From: Candidatus Heimdallarchaeota archaeon B3_Heim
GTDB lineage: Archaea > Asgardarchaeota > Heimdallarchaeia > Hodarchaeales > Hodarchaeaceae
NCBI GenBank assembly: GCA_003144275.1
Contig: NJBF01000002.1
Span: 103,239 to 135,238, forward strand
Length of the DNA stretch: 32,000 nt
Direction: 5' to 3'
Made by a program: the position numbers and the translations under genes. The notes below the pieces were generated by a model. It ran no database searches and had not been told where the DNA came from. It saw nothing but the letters and a program-made list of their open reading frames with translations. Shown here in pieces: positions 24,393 through 32,000 of the stretch. Position 1 is the stretch's first letter. Each line of letters starts with the position of its first letter.

Positions 24393-24574
24393 TGAAATTT
24401 ATCAATGCTCGGGCATATCAGAATGGCGACCTACATGGCTTAGAAGTTTTATATGATGATAAAGAAGGTAGACATGAAATTAAGACTGAAGGTGAGACTC
24501 CTAAGGAAATTTTACTTGATTTGCTGAATATGGTAGTGAAACTAGCACAAAACCAGATTAAGGAGGAAGAATAA
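24392..24574 (+). CDS. Small hypothetical protein
   Basis: TGATG overlap and GAGGAGG upstream support ATG 24392. Confidence 0.6.
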   Translation: MKFINARAYQNGDLHGLEVLYDDKEGRHEIKTEGETPKEILLDLLNMVVKLAQNQIKEEE

Positions 24575-24577
24575 TCA

Positions 24578-25357
24578 ATGGCTTATAGAACGGATACGGA
24601 AATTTATTCTCAAGACTTTTATCAATATTACGATAGAAAAGCACTCTATCGTCCTTATCTTCAATTTAATGGTTCCTTCATGTATGAAAAATCACGATTA
24701 AGCACTCTTCATAATCAAATTATGAAACAAGACCTCTCCAATTATTCTTTTCTTCTTAGTCATATTGGTTTCTCTTTTACTGAATTTTTCCCCCGTAATC
24801 ATATTGATTTTATTGTGCAATCCATCATTCATTCTTCTATTAATCTTAGAGGAAAAAATGCAAAGCACCTTATCCCTTTAATCATCACTGCTTTAACCCT
24901 TATTTTTACTCATGAAGATAAATATCTCCCTGATCAAGTAATCAAAGACTTAGATCAACACTTCCCACACGTAGATATTTCAAAAACAAATTATGTTTCA
25001 TCATTACGACTTATTCAACAATGTCTTCCTTCCTTTTATCAAAAATATCCTCTAAATCGAAAACAAGAATTCCTGAATTGTATGAAATATTGTCTTACTC
25101 TTCTAAAGAAAAATGGAGAAACTAAACAAGAAATCGTCAATTTACATACCCATAGTCTTGCTCTTACAAAACAATTCTTTCACACTAAAAAATTCAAACA
25201 TCTAAAACCACATTCTTATGAAAGTGTAGCCCAAGCCATTATTTCACTAGCAACAAATACCCGTAAATGTCCCTTTCCCTTTTCCCGTAAAAAATATGTT
25301 ATTTTTTCTTGCCATAAAAGCCAACTCAAAAAATTACTATTTCCTACAAGGAGCTGA
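24578..25357 (+). CDS. All-helical protein, possibly a divergent TFB-like (cyclin-fold) protein lacking the Zn ribbon
   Basis: RLSTLHNQI, LRGKNAKHLIPLII and KHLKPHSYESVAQAIISLA fall at spacings like TFB RLxxLH, LRGRSxxxVxAA and GKxPxGxAAAAxY. Confidence 0.35.
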   Translation: MAYRTDTEIYSQDFYQYYDRKALYRPYLQFNGSFMYEKSRLSTLHNQIMKQDLSNYSFLLSHIGFSFTEFFPRNHIDFIVQSIIHSSINLRGKNAKHLIPLIITALTLIFTHEDKYLPDQVIKDLDQHFPHVDISKTNYVSSLRLIQQCLPSFYQKYPLNRKQEFLNCMKYCLTLLKKNGETKQEIVNLHTHSLALTKQFFHTKKFKHLKPHSYESVAQAIISLATNTRKCPFPFSRKKYVIFSCHKSQLKKLLFPTRS

Positions 25358-25361
25358 CTAA

Positions 25362-26129
25362 ATGCAAACCACCATACCCAAAATCCAACAAAAAAGCTTT
25401 GATTACTGGGATTTTAACAATGAAATAGATCTAATGATCTGTGACATCCCCTTTGGCATTAGCTTTACAGGAAAACCTTCAAACTACAATCGAAGAAGTA
25501 ATTTAGTGGTGGATGGATATGTTGAATGGAATAGAAATGAAATTCCTTACTATCTTGAATTATTATTCACCTCAGCAGAACAATATCTTAAAAAGACAGG
25601 TTCATTACTTATTTTTGCTGGTTGGCAAATTAGCAACCTTATTGCAAAAAAATATCTTGACATTCAAAATAATCTTTCCTTAACCCATCAGGGAAAACTC
25701 TATTGGAATTATAATTTCTCCCCTCATTGCACAAAAAGACCCAACACTAATTGCTATGAAATCTTTTGGTTTACCAGGTCTAAGAATTGGTTTTACAATA
25801 ATAGATGTTCATTAGATCATTGTCAAAATGGAGAAGCTAATCTTTCAGTTTTAGATAATCACATATCCGTTTTAACTATTAAAAAAGAGTATCTGAAAGG
25901 AATTCCCAAATATCCCACTCGTTTCCCTTCTTTACTAGTTAAAATTATCATTGAACATTTTTCTGACAAAAATTCAACTATTCTCGATCCGTTATGTGGG
26001 TCGGGAATTATTGGTGCTATTTGCGATCTTTACTATCCTGATCGCATTGTCTATCTCGGAGATCTGAATCCTCACTCTCCCATTGTCTTTACTGAATTAC
26101 TCAAATTTTATTCTAACGGAGCTGATTAA
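25362..26129 (+). CDS. DNA amino-methyltransferase (N4-C/N6-A, beta class)
   Basis: Motif IV DIPF near N-terminus, YPTRFPSLLV..II, motif I ILDPLCGSG near C-terminus. Confidence 0.85.
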   Translation: MQTTIPKIQQKSFDYWDFNNEIDLMICDIPFGISFTGKPSNYNRRSNLVVDGYVEWNRNEIPYYLELLFTSAEQYLKKTGSLLIFAGWQISNLIAKKYLDIQNNLSLTHQGKLYWNYNFSPHCTKRPNTNCYEIFWFTRSKNWFYNNRCSLDHCQNGEANLSVLDNHISVLTIKKEYLKGIPKYPTRFPSLLVKIIIEHFSDKNSTILDPLCGSGIIGAICDLYYPDRIVYLGDLNPHSPIVFTELLKFYSNGAD

Positions 26130-26133
26130 TCAA

Positions 26134-26832
26134 ATGAGAACCACCCATAAAGCAGAATGTTCGGTTTGTAAAATAGCCATCGAAGAATTAGCGGTATTAA
26201 TCAAAATAAAAGATAAATTTGTGGTTTTATGTAAAACTCATTCACCAATCTCTTTTCCTAAAACACTCGATAGACATCTTACCATTAAACCAACACTAGA
26301 ATATGTAGAAGCTAATTGTTACAAATGGACATTCGATGCGAAAAAAGTCAAACGCTTTGTCATGAAAAATTGTCGAGGAAAAATCCTCAATCTCTTTGCA
26401 GGAAAAAATCGTTTATCTATCCATGAAACACGAGTAGACAGTTCTAATGAATTTTCTCCTGATTACCACATGAAAGCTGAAAAATTCATTAAAAAAGCAC
26501 AACAAAAAAACTGGAAATACGATACCATTATTTATGATCCCCCCTGGAATGAACGCAAAAGCAAAGAATTTTACAACGGACACTACATAGGCAAATTCAC
26601 CAAATTAAAAGATGATATTGTTTCTTTACTCACGAATACAGGAATCATCATTTCTGCGGGTTATACCATTACTAATTTTGGTGAATCTAGAGGGTTGGAA
26701 TTAGAAAAAATACTGAATGTTAACCCCAAGGGAGAAATTCGTCCTTATTTCATATCAATTGAACAAAAACAACCCTCTCTTGATTCCTTTATTCATCAAA
26801 CCAAGAACAGGAGGAAAACTGATGGAATTTGA
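26134..26832 (+). CDS. Small adenine DNA methyltransferase-like protein with N-terminal Zn finger
   Basis: CSVC..CKTH; motif I ILNLFAG precedes motif IV YDTIIYDPPWN; ATG 26134 likely. Confidence 0.75.
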   Translation: MRTTHKAECSVCKIAIEELAVLIKIKDKFVVLCKTHSPISFPKTLDRHLTIKPTLEYVEANCYKWTFDAKKVKRFVMKNCRGKILNLFAGKNRLSIHETRVDSSNEFSPDYHMKAEKFIKKAQQKNWKYDTIIYDPPWNERKSKEFYNGHYIGKFTKLKDDIVSLLTNTGIIISAGYTITNFGESRGLELEKILNVNPKGEIRPYFISIEQKQPSLDSFIHQTKNRRKTDGI

Positions 26833-26992
26833 GTTACACTTGAAAATTTCTTCTTATGAAAGAGCGAGATTAGAACAGATTTTGAAAGATTATTTACGAT
26901 TAAAGAAGCCCGAATTTGAAAAGGCGCGTCTAACGGACGATAAGAATCAAATGTTGTTTGCAGAGGAATTTTTGCAAGAAATCAATATATGA
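26822..26992 (+). CDS. Small hypothetical protein
   Basis: GGAGG upstream of ATG 26822. Confidence 0.55.
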   Translation: MEFELHLKISSYERARLEQILKDYLRLKKPEFEKARLTDDKNQMLFAEEFLQEINI

Positions 26993-27022
26993 ATCACACT
27001 AAGAACAGGAGGATAATCAACA

Positions 27023-27223
27023 ATGAGTGAAAGAACGATTAGATTTTCTGAAATCGGTATTATTGCTGCTATAAGTTCCTTATTAGGGGTTTTTATCGGA
27101 AGTCGCACAGGAGGCACATATGTTTTTGAAATCGGGAAAAATTTACTGATTTGTGCCTTAACAGCATTAATACTGGGTTCTTTTTTGTATTCTATAGATA
27201 TTTTAATGAAAAATAAAAAATGA
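27023..27223 (+). CDS. Small two-TM membrane protein
   Basis: Two hydrophobic segments, basic C-terminus; GGAGG upstream. Confidence 0.65.
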   Translation: MSERTIRFSEIGIIAAISSLLGVFIGSRTGGTYVFEIGKNLLICALTALILGSFLYSIDILMKNKK

Positions 27224-27313
27224 CACCTATTCTGGGGTGAAAATAGTTGATTTTAAAGAAGAAACCGAGGAAACGAATCATTTCACTAAATAATTTCATC
27301 GAGGTGAGCACGG

Positions 27314-27904
27314 GTGAGTAATTTCAGCGGTGGATTTGGCGAATCGGTTCGTCAGTCTGCGTTCTCTGCTTCTGTTGATTTTCCAAGAGGGTATATGCGG
27401 AAATATTGGAGTTTAAAGAGGGAGACTTTGACGGTTAGATGTTTATCAACAGAAGCTCACGAGACAGATCGAAACAAATTCAGAAATGAAATTCGAGCAT
27501 TCTTGTATAAAACTCCTGACGACCTCTTAGATGTCATTTCTGATGTATATCGCGAATATTCGACAGTTAGAGAATTAATTCGGGTAAAAGTAGATCAGGA
27601 AAAACTATTAACCGAAGAGGAAAAGAAGGACCTCAACCTGAATTCTCAGATTAGTGTCCAGGTTCGAGCGTATGAGAAAGAATTATTCTATCTGAAATGC
27701 TTATCATTGAATTTAGCTCTGGGGTCTCCGCAAAATTCAATCAAACCCCAATTAGTTTTGAGAGCTTTAGCTCGGTTATCTTTGAATGGAGAGAGAGACG
27801 CTGTTTTCACAGCTCCCGAATTTCTTTTCGCACTTCTTGGATTCCATGAATGCGAAAGACCTGTTTACGAGAAGGACGTTTTCAAAAAAGACCGTAAGAG
27901 GTGA
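27314..27904 (+). CDS. Hypothetical protein
   Basis: GAGGTGA upstream of GTG; no motif recognised. Confidence 0.7.
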   Translation: MSNFSGGFGESVRQSAFSASVDFPRGYMRKYWSLKRETLTVRCLSTEAHETDRNKFRNEIRAFLYKTPDDLLDVISDVYREYSTVRELIRVKVDQEKLLTEEEKKDLNLNSQISVQVRAYEKELFYLKCLSLNLALGSPQNSIKPQLVLRALARLSLNGERDAVFTAPEFLFALLGFHECERPVYEKDVFKKDRKR

Positions 27905-27908
27905 TTAC

Positions 27909-28034
27909 ATGGCTATTGCAGAAGAAAAGTTACGAAAAAACCCTGATGTATCCAAGAAATTAGAGGGTCAATTAGAAGAGAATATTTCCTTGTTAAAACT
28001 GGTTAAGGAGATTATTACCACTGAGTCAGATTAA
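27909..28034 (+). CDS. Small helical protein directly upstream of the integrase
   Basis: GAGGTGA upstream of ATG 27909; MAIAEEKLRKNPDVSKKLEGQLEENISLLKLVKEIITTESD. Confidence 0.5.
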   Translation: MAIAEEKLRKNPDVSKKLEGQLEENISLLKLVKEIITTESD

Positions 28035-29025
28035 ACAATTTGACGAAGGGGTCCTCCTCATCGAGAATTATCTTGAAGAAGGAAATTACTCAGAAACCAG
28101 TCGTTACCAACGACGTTATTTATTAAAGCGATTATTCCGAGCAGAAGGATTTTCTTTAAATAAAAGTCCTTTAGAGCTGAAGAATATCATTTTCAATGAA
28201 TTTCCTTACAGAAGGGGAGGTTCCTTCAATTTCATGCACACCATATTCAAGACCTTCTTTGATTATTGTATTACAAATGCCCTTTATCTTGATAGTAACC
28301 CTCTTGAGCTGCTCAAACGACGAAAGGGATCCAAAACTCTTCCCAATCCATTCACAGCTTCCCAAGTCGAAATTATTATGAGAAAATGTCCTCCTTCTCA
28401 TCGATTTATGCACGAACTCCTGTTAAACACAGGGATTCGACTTGATGAACTCTGTCATTTGAAGTTTACAGATTTTGATTCTGAGAGAAAGATCCTTCAC
28501 GTTCGGAACCGTTCTTCTGGAGGAGGAGCTAAAGGAGATAAAGCAAGAGATATTCCCGTAACTGATCTGCTCTTAAAAAAATATCAAACTTTTCTGGTTG
28601 ATTATCGCTTAAAAGCGAAAACTAAATCTGACATTGTCTTTATTAGTCGAAAGAATAGACCTATAGTCCCCCGTTCTGTGCAATCTCGAATGTTTGCTCT
28701 CAGAGACAAATTAAGCTTTCGCATTCATGCTCACAGATATAGAACGACTTTCGCTACGAATCTTCACAAAGACGGTGTTTCCATTTTCACCATTGCGCTC
28801 TTAATGGGTCACGAAGATATTTCGACTACTCAAAACTATATTCTTGTAACGCTAGATGAACAAAGAAGAGCTATTTCCCAAGGAACCCCACTGGGAAAAC
28901 AAGAGCTTGCAGTTACTAAGATTGAACAGCTGAACCGAGAGAAACAGGATCTTGTCGCTCTCGTAGATAATCTCATTCAACAAAATGAGACCTTATTACA
29001 ACGAATCAGGAGTCTTAACATTTGA
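28021..29025 (+). CDS. Tyrosine recombinase/integrase (XerC/D-like), probable CTG start
   Basis: TGIR (R), GAKG (K), HAHRYR (HxxR), LMGH, TTQNY (Y). The frame is open from 27997 and encodes ENYLEEGNYSETSRYQRRYLLKRLF upstream of the first ATG (28234); AAGGAG at 28005-28010 precedes CTG 28021. Confidence 0.9.
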   Translation: MSQIKQFDEGVLLIENYLEEGNYSETSRYQRRYLLKRLFRAEGFSLNKSPLELKNIIFNEFPYRRGGSFNFMHTIFKTFFDYCITNALYLDSNPLELLKRRKGSKTLPNPFTASQVEIIMRKCPPSHRFMHELLLNTGIRLDELCHLKFTDFDSERKILHVRNRSSGGGAKGDKARDIPVTDLLLKKYQTFLVDYRLKAKTKSDIVFISRKNRPIVPRSVQSRMFALRDKLSFRIHAHRYRTTFATNLHKDGVSIFTIALLMGHEDISTTQNYILVTLDEQRRAISQGTPLGKQELAVTKIEQLNREKQDLVALVDNLIQQNETLLQRIRSLNI

Positions 29026-29145
29026 AAGTTACACAAATTCCGTATTATAGAATTGAGCTTATAAATCGAGACTCGTATTGTCTACATATTGTGGTGTTTT
29101 ATATTCAGTGGATTCCTTTCTCTCTTGTAATAAACGGTGATTCAC

Positions 29146-29445
29146 ATGTCCAATAATCAACTTCTTCATGTAATCGGTAAACCTAAAATTGGATCGTCTG
29201 ATCATAGGCATACTTTATCGCAATCTAAACCCTCTATTGTTCATGAATTAGATCTCCAAGTTTTAAGTATTCTTGAACAGCAAGGGCCTCTTACTAGAGG
29301 AAAGCTTGTGTCTTTAACAGGAATTGCTCGCTCCACTCTCTATGACAGCCTTCTTCGTTTAATGCTTAAAGGATATGTGGCTAGTTATTCTGAGGATCGT
29401 CGTCATAGGGGTCGACCTAAAGTCTTTTATAGAGCTTTGAATTAG
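29146..29445 (+). CDS. Winged-helix transcription regulator (TrmB/MarR-like), probably host
   Basis: ILEQQGPLTRGKLVSLTGIARSTLYDSLLRLMLKGYV..GRPKVFY; GGTGA upstream of ATG 29146. Confidence 0.8.
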   Translation: MSNNQLLHVIGKPKIGSSDHRHTLSQSKPSIVHELDLQVLSILEQQGPLTRGKLVSLTGIARSTLYDSLLRLMLKGYVASYSEDRRHRGRPKVFYRALN

Positions 29446-29538
29446 GTGTAAAGTTTTCAAGTCATAATCCCCTCTCATCCCCCCTCTCCAAATAAAATTT
29501 AAAAGAGATTCATTCTTTCTTTTGAGGGACGTATATTT

Positions 29539-29964
29539 ATGTCTCAGTTGATTGATGTAAAATTCATAAAGCTAGGTTTTCTTATTGGGGGAATTTATGA
29601 TTTACTCCTTGGATTTGGAGTAATCTTTTTTTCAGATTTATTGATTTCAATTTTTGGGATTGTAAAACCTGATAATATGATATTCGTTTACATTAGTGGA
29701 TTGTTTCTACTTCTTGTTGGTTATTTTCTATTGTACGCATGTTTTCACGATGTTACCAACTATTTATTCATTGGATTCGGGTCTAGTATCGTTCGATTTG
29801 CTTTTGCATTAATCGTCATTCTTCTTTGGATTACTGAGGGAGTTGAATTGTCTTATGTCCTAATTGCCTGTACGGATACGGTTACTGGCTTGTTTATTTT
29901 TCTTCCGATTATTTTCAATAATGGTCTTACTAGGAAAGAATTATGGATTAAACCTTCGTCTTAA
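29539..29964 (+). CDS. Four-TM membrane protein
   Basis: Four hydrophobic segments. Confidence 0.75.
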   Translation: MSQLIDVKFIKLGFLIGGIYDLLLGFGVIFFSDLLISIFGIVKPDNMIFVYISGLFLLLVGYFLLYACFHDVTNYLFIGFGSSIVRFAFALIVILLWITEGVELSYVLIACTDTVTGLFIFLPIIFNNGLTRKELWIKPSS

Positions 29965-30001
29965 GAAGAAATTAGAAAAAATATGAGATTTGGTTTGCAT
30001 C

Positions 30002-30532
30002 ATGAGTGTTTCAACATATCAGGTAATATCTCCAGGGCGAAAACGCGGAAAGAGAGCAATTATCAAGACTGCGTTATTTATCCTTGGCCGATCTATGCAA
30101 TCTGCATCCCGATTTGATAAGAAAATACAACAGGAACTCGAAAGTTGGCCAGAGAATTTTACAATCGTTTACAAAGCGTTTCCTAAAGGACCGATGATGA
30201 CTCTTTGTAAAAATAATAATAAGCTCAAGCGGTGTAAACCAGGTGAGGAGGATCCTGATATGATAATTTATCTTAAAAATCTCGAATATGCTTTTTTACT
30301 GATGACTTCAAGAAGAAGCTCTGTTGAAGCATTTTTAGAACATGGAGCGTTTCTCAAAGGAGATCTATCTATTGCTCTATCCTTAATTCGCATTTTAAAT
30401 CGTGTATAAGTCTATTTATATCCTAGAATTCTTGCAAAACGAGTAGTTAAACGGCTACCTAAAATAGACATGCGTTTGAGATATTTTGGAAGGCTTAAAA
30501 TCTTTCTTTTAGGGATTCCTTTTGGAATTTAA
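30002..30532 (+). pseudogene. SCP2-like hypothetical protein interrupted by in-frame TAA at 30407-30409
   Basis: DPDMIIYLKNLEYAF..AFLEHGAFLKGDL resembles SCP2-like folds; the frame continues 40 codons past TAA (VYLYPRILAKRVVKRLP...GIPFGI*) up to the ADH RBS. Confidence 0.55.
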
Positions 30533-30550
30533 CTTAATGAGGTGTATTAA

Positions 30551-31732
30551 ATGATTCCTTCGTATTTTGAATTTTATAATCCAGTTAAAATCATGGCTGG
30601 GAAGAACGCTCTGGACAATTTACCTTTTGAATTAATGCAATTACAAGCTAAGAAACCATTAGTCATCACTGATCAAGGTATCTTGAAAGCAGGCATATTA
30701 AAATCTGTTAAAAAGGCCTTTAGTGAAACCGACATTACTTTTTCATTGTTTGATCGTGTTCCTCAAGATTCTTCCGATAAAATTGTCAAAGAGCTTGCGA
30801 ACATATATCGTGAAACTAAATCGGATTCCTTAATTGCTTTAGGAGGAGGATCCGTTATTGATACCGCCAAAGCTGTCAATATCTTAATTACACATGAATC
30901 AGATAATCTTCTCGATTTTGTTGGTAGTGATATTATTAACCTACCTCTAAAACCATTAATTATTATTCCTACTACAAGTGGAACTGGTTCTGAGGCCACT
31001 GGTGTCGCTGTCATTAAAAATTCTATTAATAATATTAAAATGGGTTTCTCAAGCCAACATATTATTCCTGATGTGGCACTTCTTGATCCTCGAATGACCT
31101 TGACCCTCCCTCCTTTACTGACTGCTGCTACAGGCATGGATGCCTTAACCCATGCCATGGAGTCTTCTTATTGCTCACAGAGAAACCCTGTCACAACAGC
31201 TTTTGCTTTTTCAGCGATAAAAATGATCAGTGAGCATTTAGTTCAAGTTATAAAACAGCCTAAGGATTCAGATGCACGTTTTGCTTTGTCTACTGCTGCT
31301 TTTTTAGCAGGTGTTAGGTTATCTAACTCTCTTGCTGGGATGGTTCATTCGTTGGGTCATGCGACAGGGGGAGTATGCGGGTTACCGCATGGAATTGCTA
31401 TGAATATTTTTCTTCCCCATGGGTTAAAGTACAATCTTGCCAAAGCTGGTGATCTTATTGGTGAGTTGTTACTCCCTCTTGCTGGATCCGAGTTTTTTAC
31501 TCAAGTACCTAAAGTAGATAGACCAGTAGCTACTATTAAGTATATTGAGTCTCTACGAGATAATCTGTATGATTTAGTTAATCTCCCTCGATCATTAAAA
31601 GAAGCTAATGTACCTAAAAGTGAATTTGAAACCATTGCGCAATATGCAATAAATGATGGCTCGATTGCTTTCAATCCTGAAGAAGTGGATTATGAAGATG
31701 CATTGCATGTACTGAATGAAGCTTATAACTGA
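30551..31732 (+). CDS. Iron-containing (group III) alcohol dehydrogenase
   Basis: GGGSVID, IPTTSGTGSE, DALTHAMES, HSLGH..PHG metal ligands; GAGGTG RBS. Confidence 0.92.
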   Translation: MIPSYFEFYNPVKIMAGKNALDNLPFELMQLQAKKPLVITDQGILKAGILKSVKKAFSETDITFSLFDRVPQDSSDKIVKELANIYRETKSDSLIALGGGSVIDTAKAVNILITHESDNLLDFVGSDIINLPLKPLIIIPTTSGTGSEATGVAVIKNSINNIKMGFSSQHIIPDVALLDPRMTLTLPPLLTAATGMDALTHAMESSYCSQRNPVTTAFAFSAIKMISEHLVQVIKQPKDSDARFALSTAAFLAGVRLSNSLAGMVHSLGHATGGVCGLPHGIAMNIFLPHGLKYNLAKAGDLIGELLLPLAGSEFFTQVPKVDRPVATIKYIESLRDNLYDLVNLPRSLKEANVPKSEFETIAQYAINDGSIAFNPEEVDYEDALHVLNEAYN

Positions 31733-31887
31733 ATAATTTTCTCGTTTTTTCCCAGAACTTAGGAGATTATATATGAATTGAAATATAGGTTCATGGTGTA
31801 CCATGATGCCCCCAACAAATCCTCCAGGCGGTATAAATTAAAATTACTTCTCTAAAGAATATTTCCTCTCCTCTTCCCACTTTTTTT

Positions 31888-32000
31888 TTAATAATTCTTA
31901 CAACGCGTAACCTCCATTGAAGGAACTACCTTGGTTAGGGCAGTAAGTAAATCTGAAAGTGTACTACCGAATTTTTGATCATAATCCAGCCAATCAACAA
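31888..32000 (-). CDS. 3' end of a convergent gene (partial)
   Basis: Open frame ..VDWLDYDQKFGSTLSDLLTALTKVVPSMEVTRCKNY* running from the window edge. Confidence 0.35.
   Translation of the reverse strand, partial: VDWLDYDQKFGSTLSDLLTALTKVVPSMEVTRCKNY

Larger units (their letters stand above)
1..29040. mobile_element. Integrated virus-like element (provirus); left end lies outside the window, right end approximate
   Basis: Terminal tyrosine integrase; tightly overlapping small ORFans; HNH, DNA methyltransferases, DUF6788, divergent regulator switch; metabolic host-type genes start right after the integrase. No att duplication can be verified inside the window. Confidence 0.8.

Noticed and set aside
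27023-27223. Two-TM protein as a holin
   Set aside because: It lies in the early operon with no lysis enzyme nearby; topology alone is insufficient.
29026-29136. attR, tRNA or dif site after the integrase; AAGTTACA is shared with the 9864 palindrome
   Set aside because: No tRNA cloverleaf is visible; an 8-bp match in AT-rich DNA is expected by chance and the arm spacing differs; attL is outside the window.
31791-31806. Palindrome TCATGGT-GT-ACCATGA downstream of the ADH gene
   Set aside because: Single short palindrome between convergent genes; no further support for a function.

Overview
Most of the window (from before base 1 to about 29,040) looks like the right-hand part of an integrated virus-like element. 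The host is probably an Asgard (Heimdall/Hodarchaeales-like) archaeon; this is inferred from the surface-protein C-terminal anchor, GGTGA/GGAGG ribosome-binding sites, oligo-T terminators and the style of the flanking genes. The element has four blocks. (1) 430-9529 is a relatively GC-rich + strand operon. It has two signal-peptide/C-terminal-TM membrane proteins followed by an array of very basic proteins. Most share an N-terminal membrane anchor and/or a juxtamembrane 'P-x(2-7)-hydrophobic-x(0-1)-AP[R/K]' motif, but carry unrelated C-terminal domains (Rho_N/HeH-like, DUF3560, protein-kinase-like). This is the main candidate for an undescribed system: a sorting signal that loads polymorphic cargo into an enveloped particle. 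(2) 9530-19590 is an AT-rich accessory block with a ParB-DUF488 fusion between two paralogous OB-like proteins, two solitary PD-(D/E)XK nucleases and a host-type surface glycoprotein. (3) 19591-20081 is a divergent RHH-like/AbrB-like regulator pair with twin operators. (4) 20081-29025 is an early-gene operon (DUF6788, iteron-like repeats, ASCH, HNH, radical SAM, divergent TFB-like protein, two DNA methyltransferases) ending in a tyrosine integrase whose N-terminal domain has no canonical start codon. Host-like genes follow: wHTH regulator, membrane protein, TAA-interrupted SCP2-like gene and Fe-containing alcohol dehydrogenase. I saw no capsid, terminase, packaging ATPase, helicase/primase, tRNA, rRNA or CRISPR array. 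All family assignments are motif recognition by eye, not database searches.
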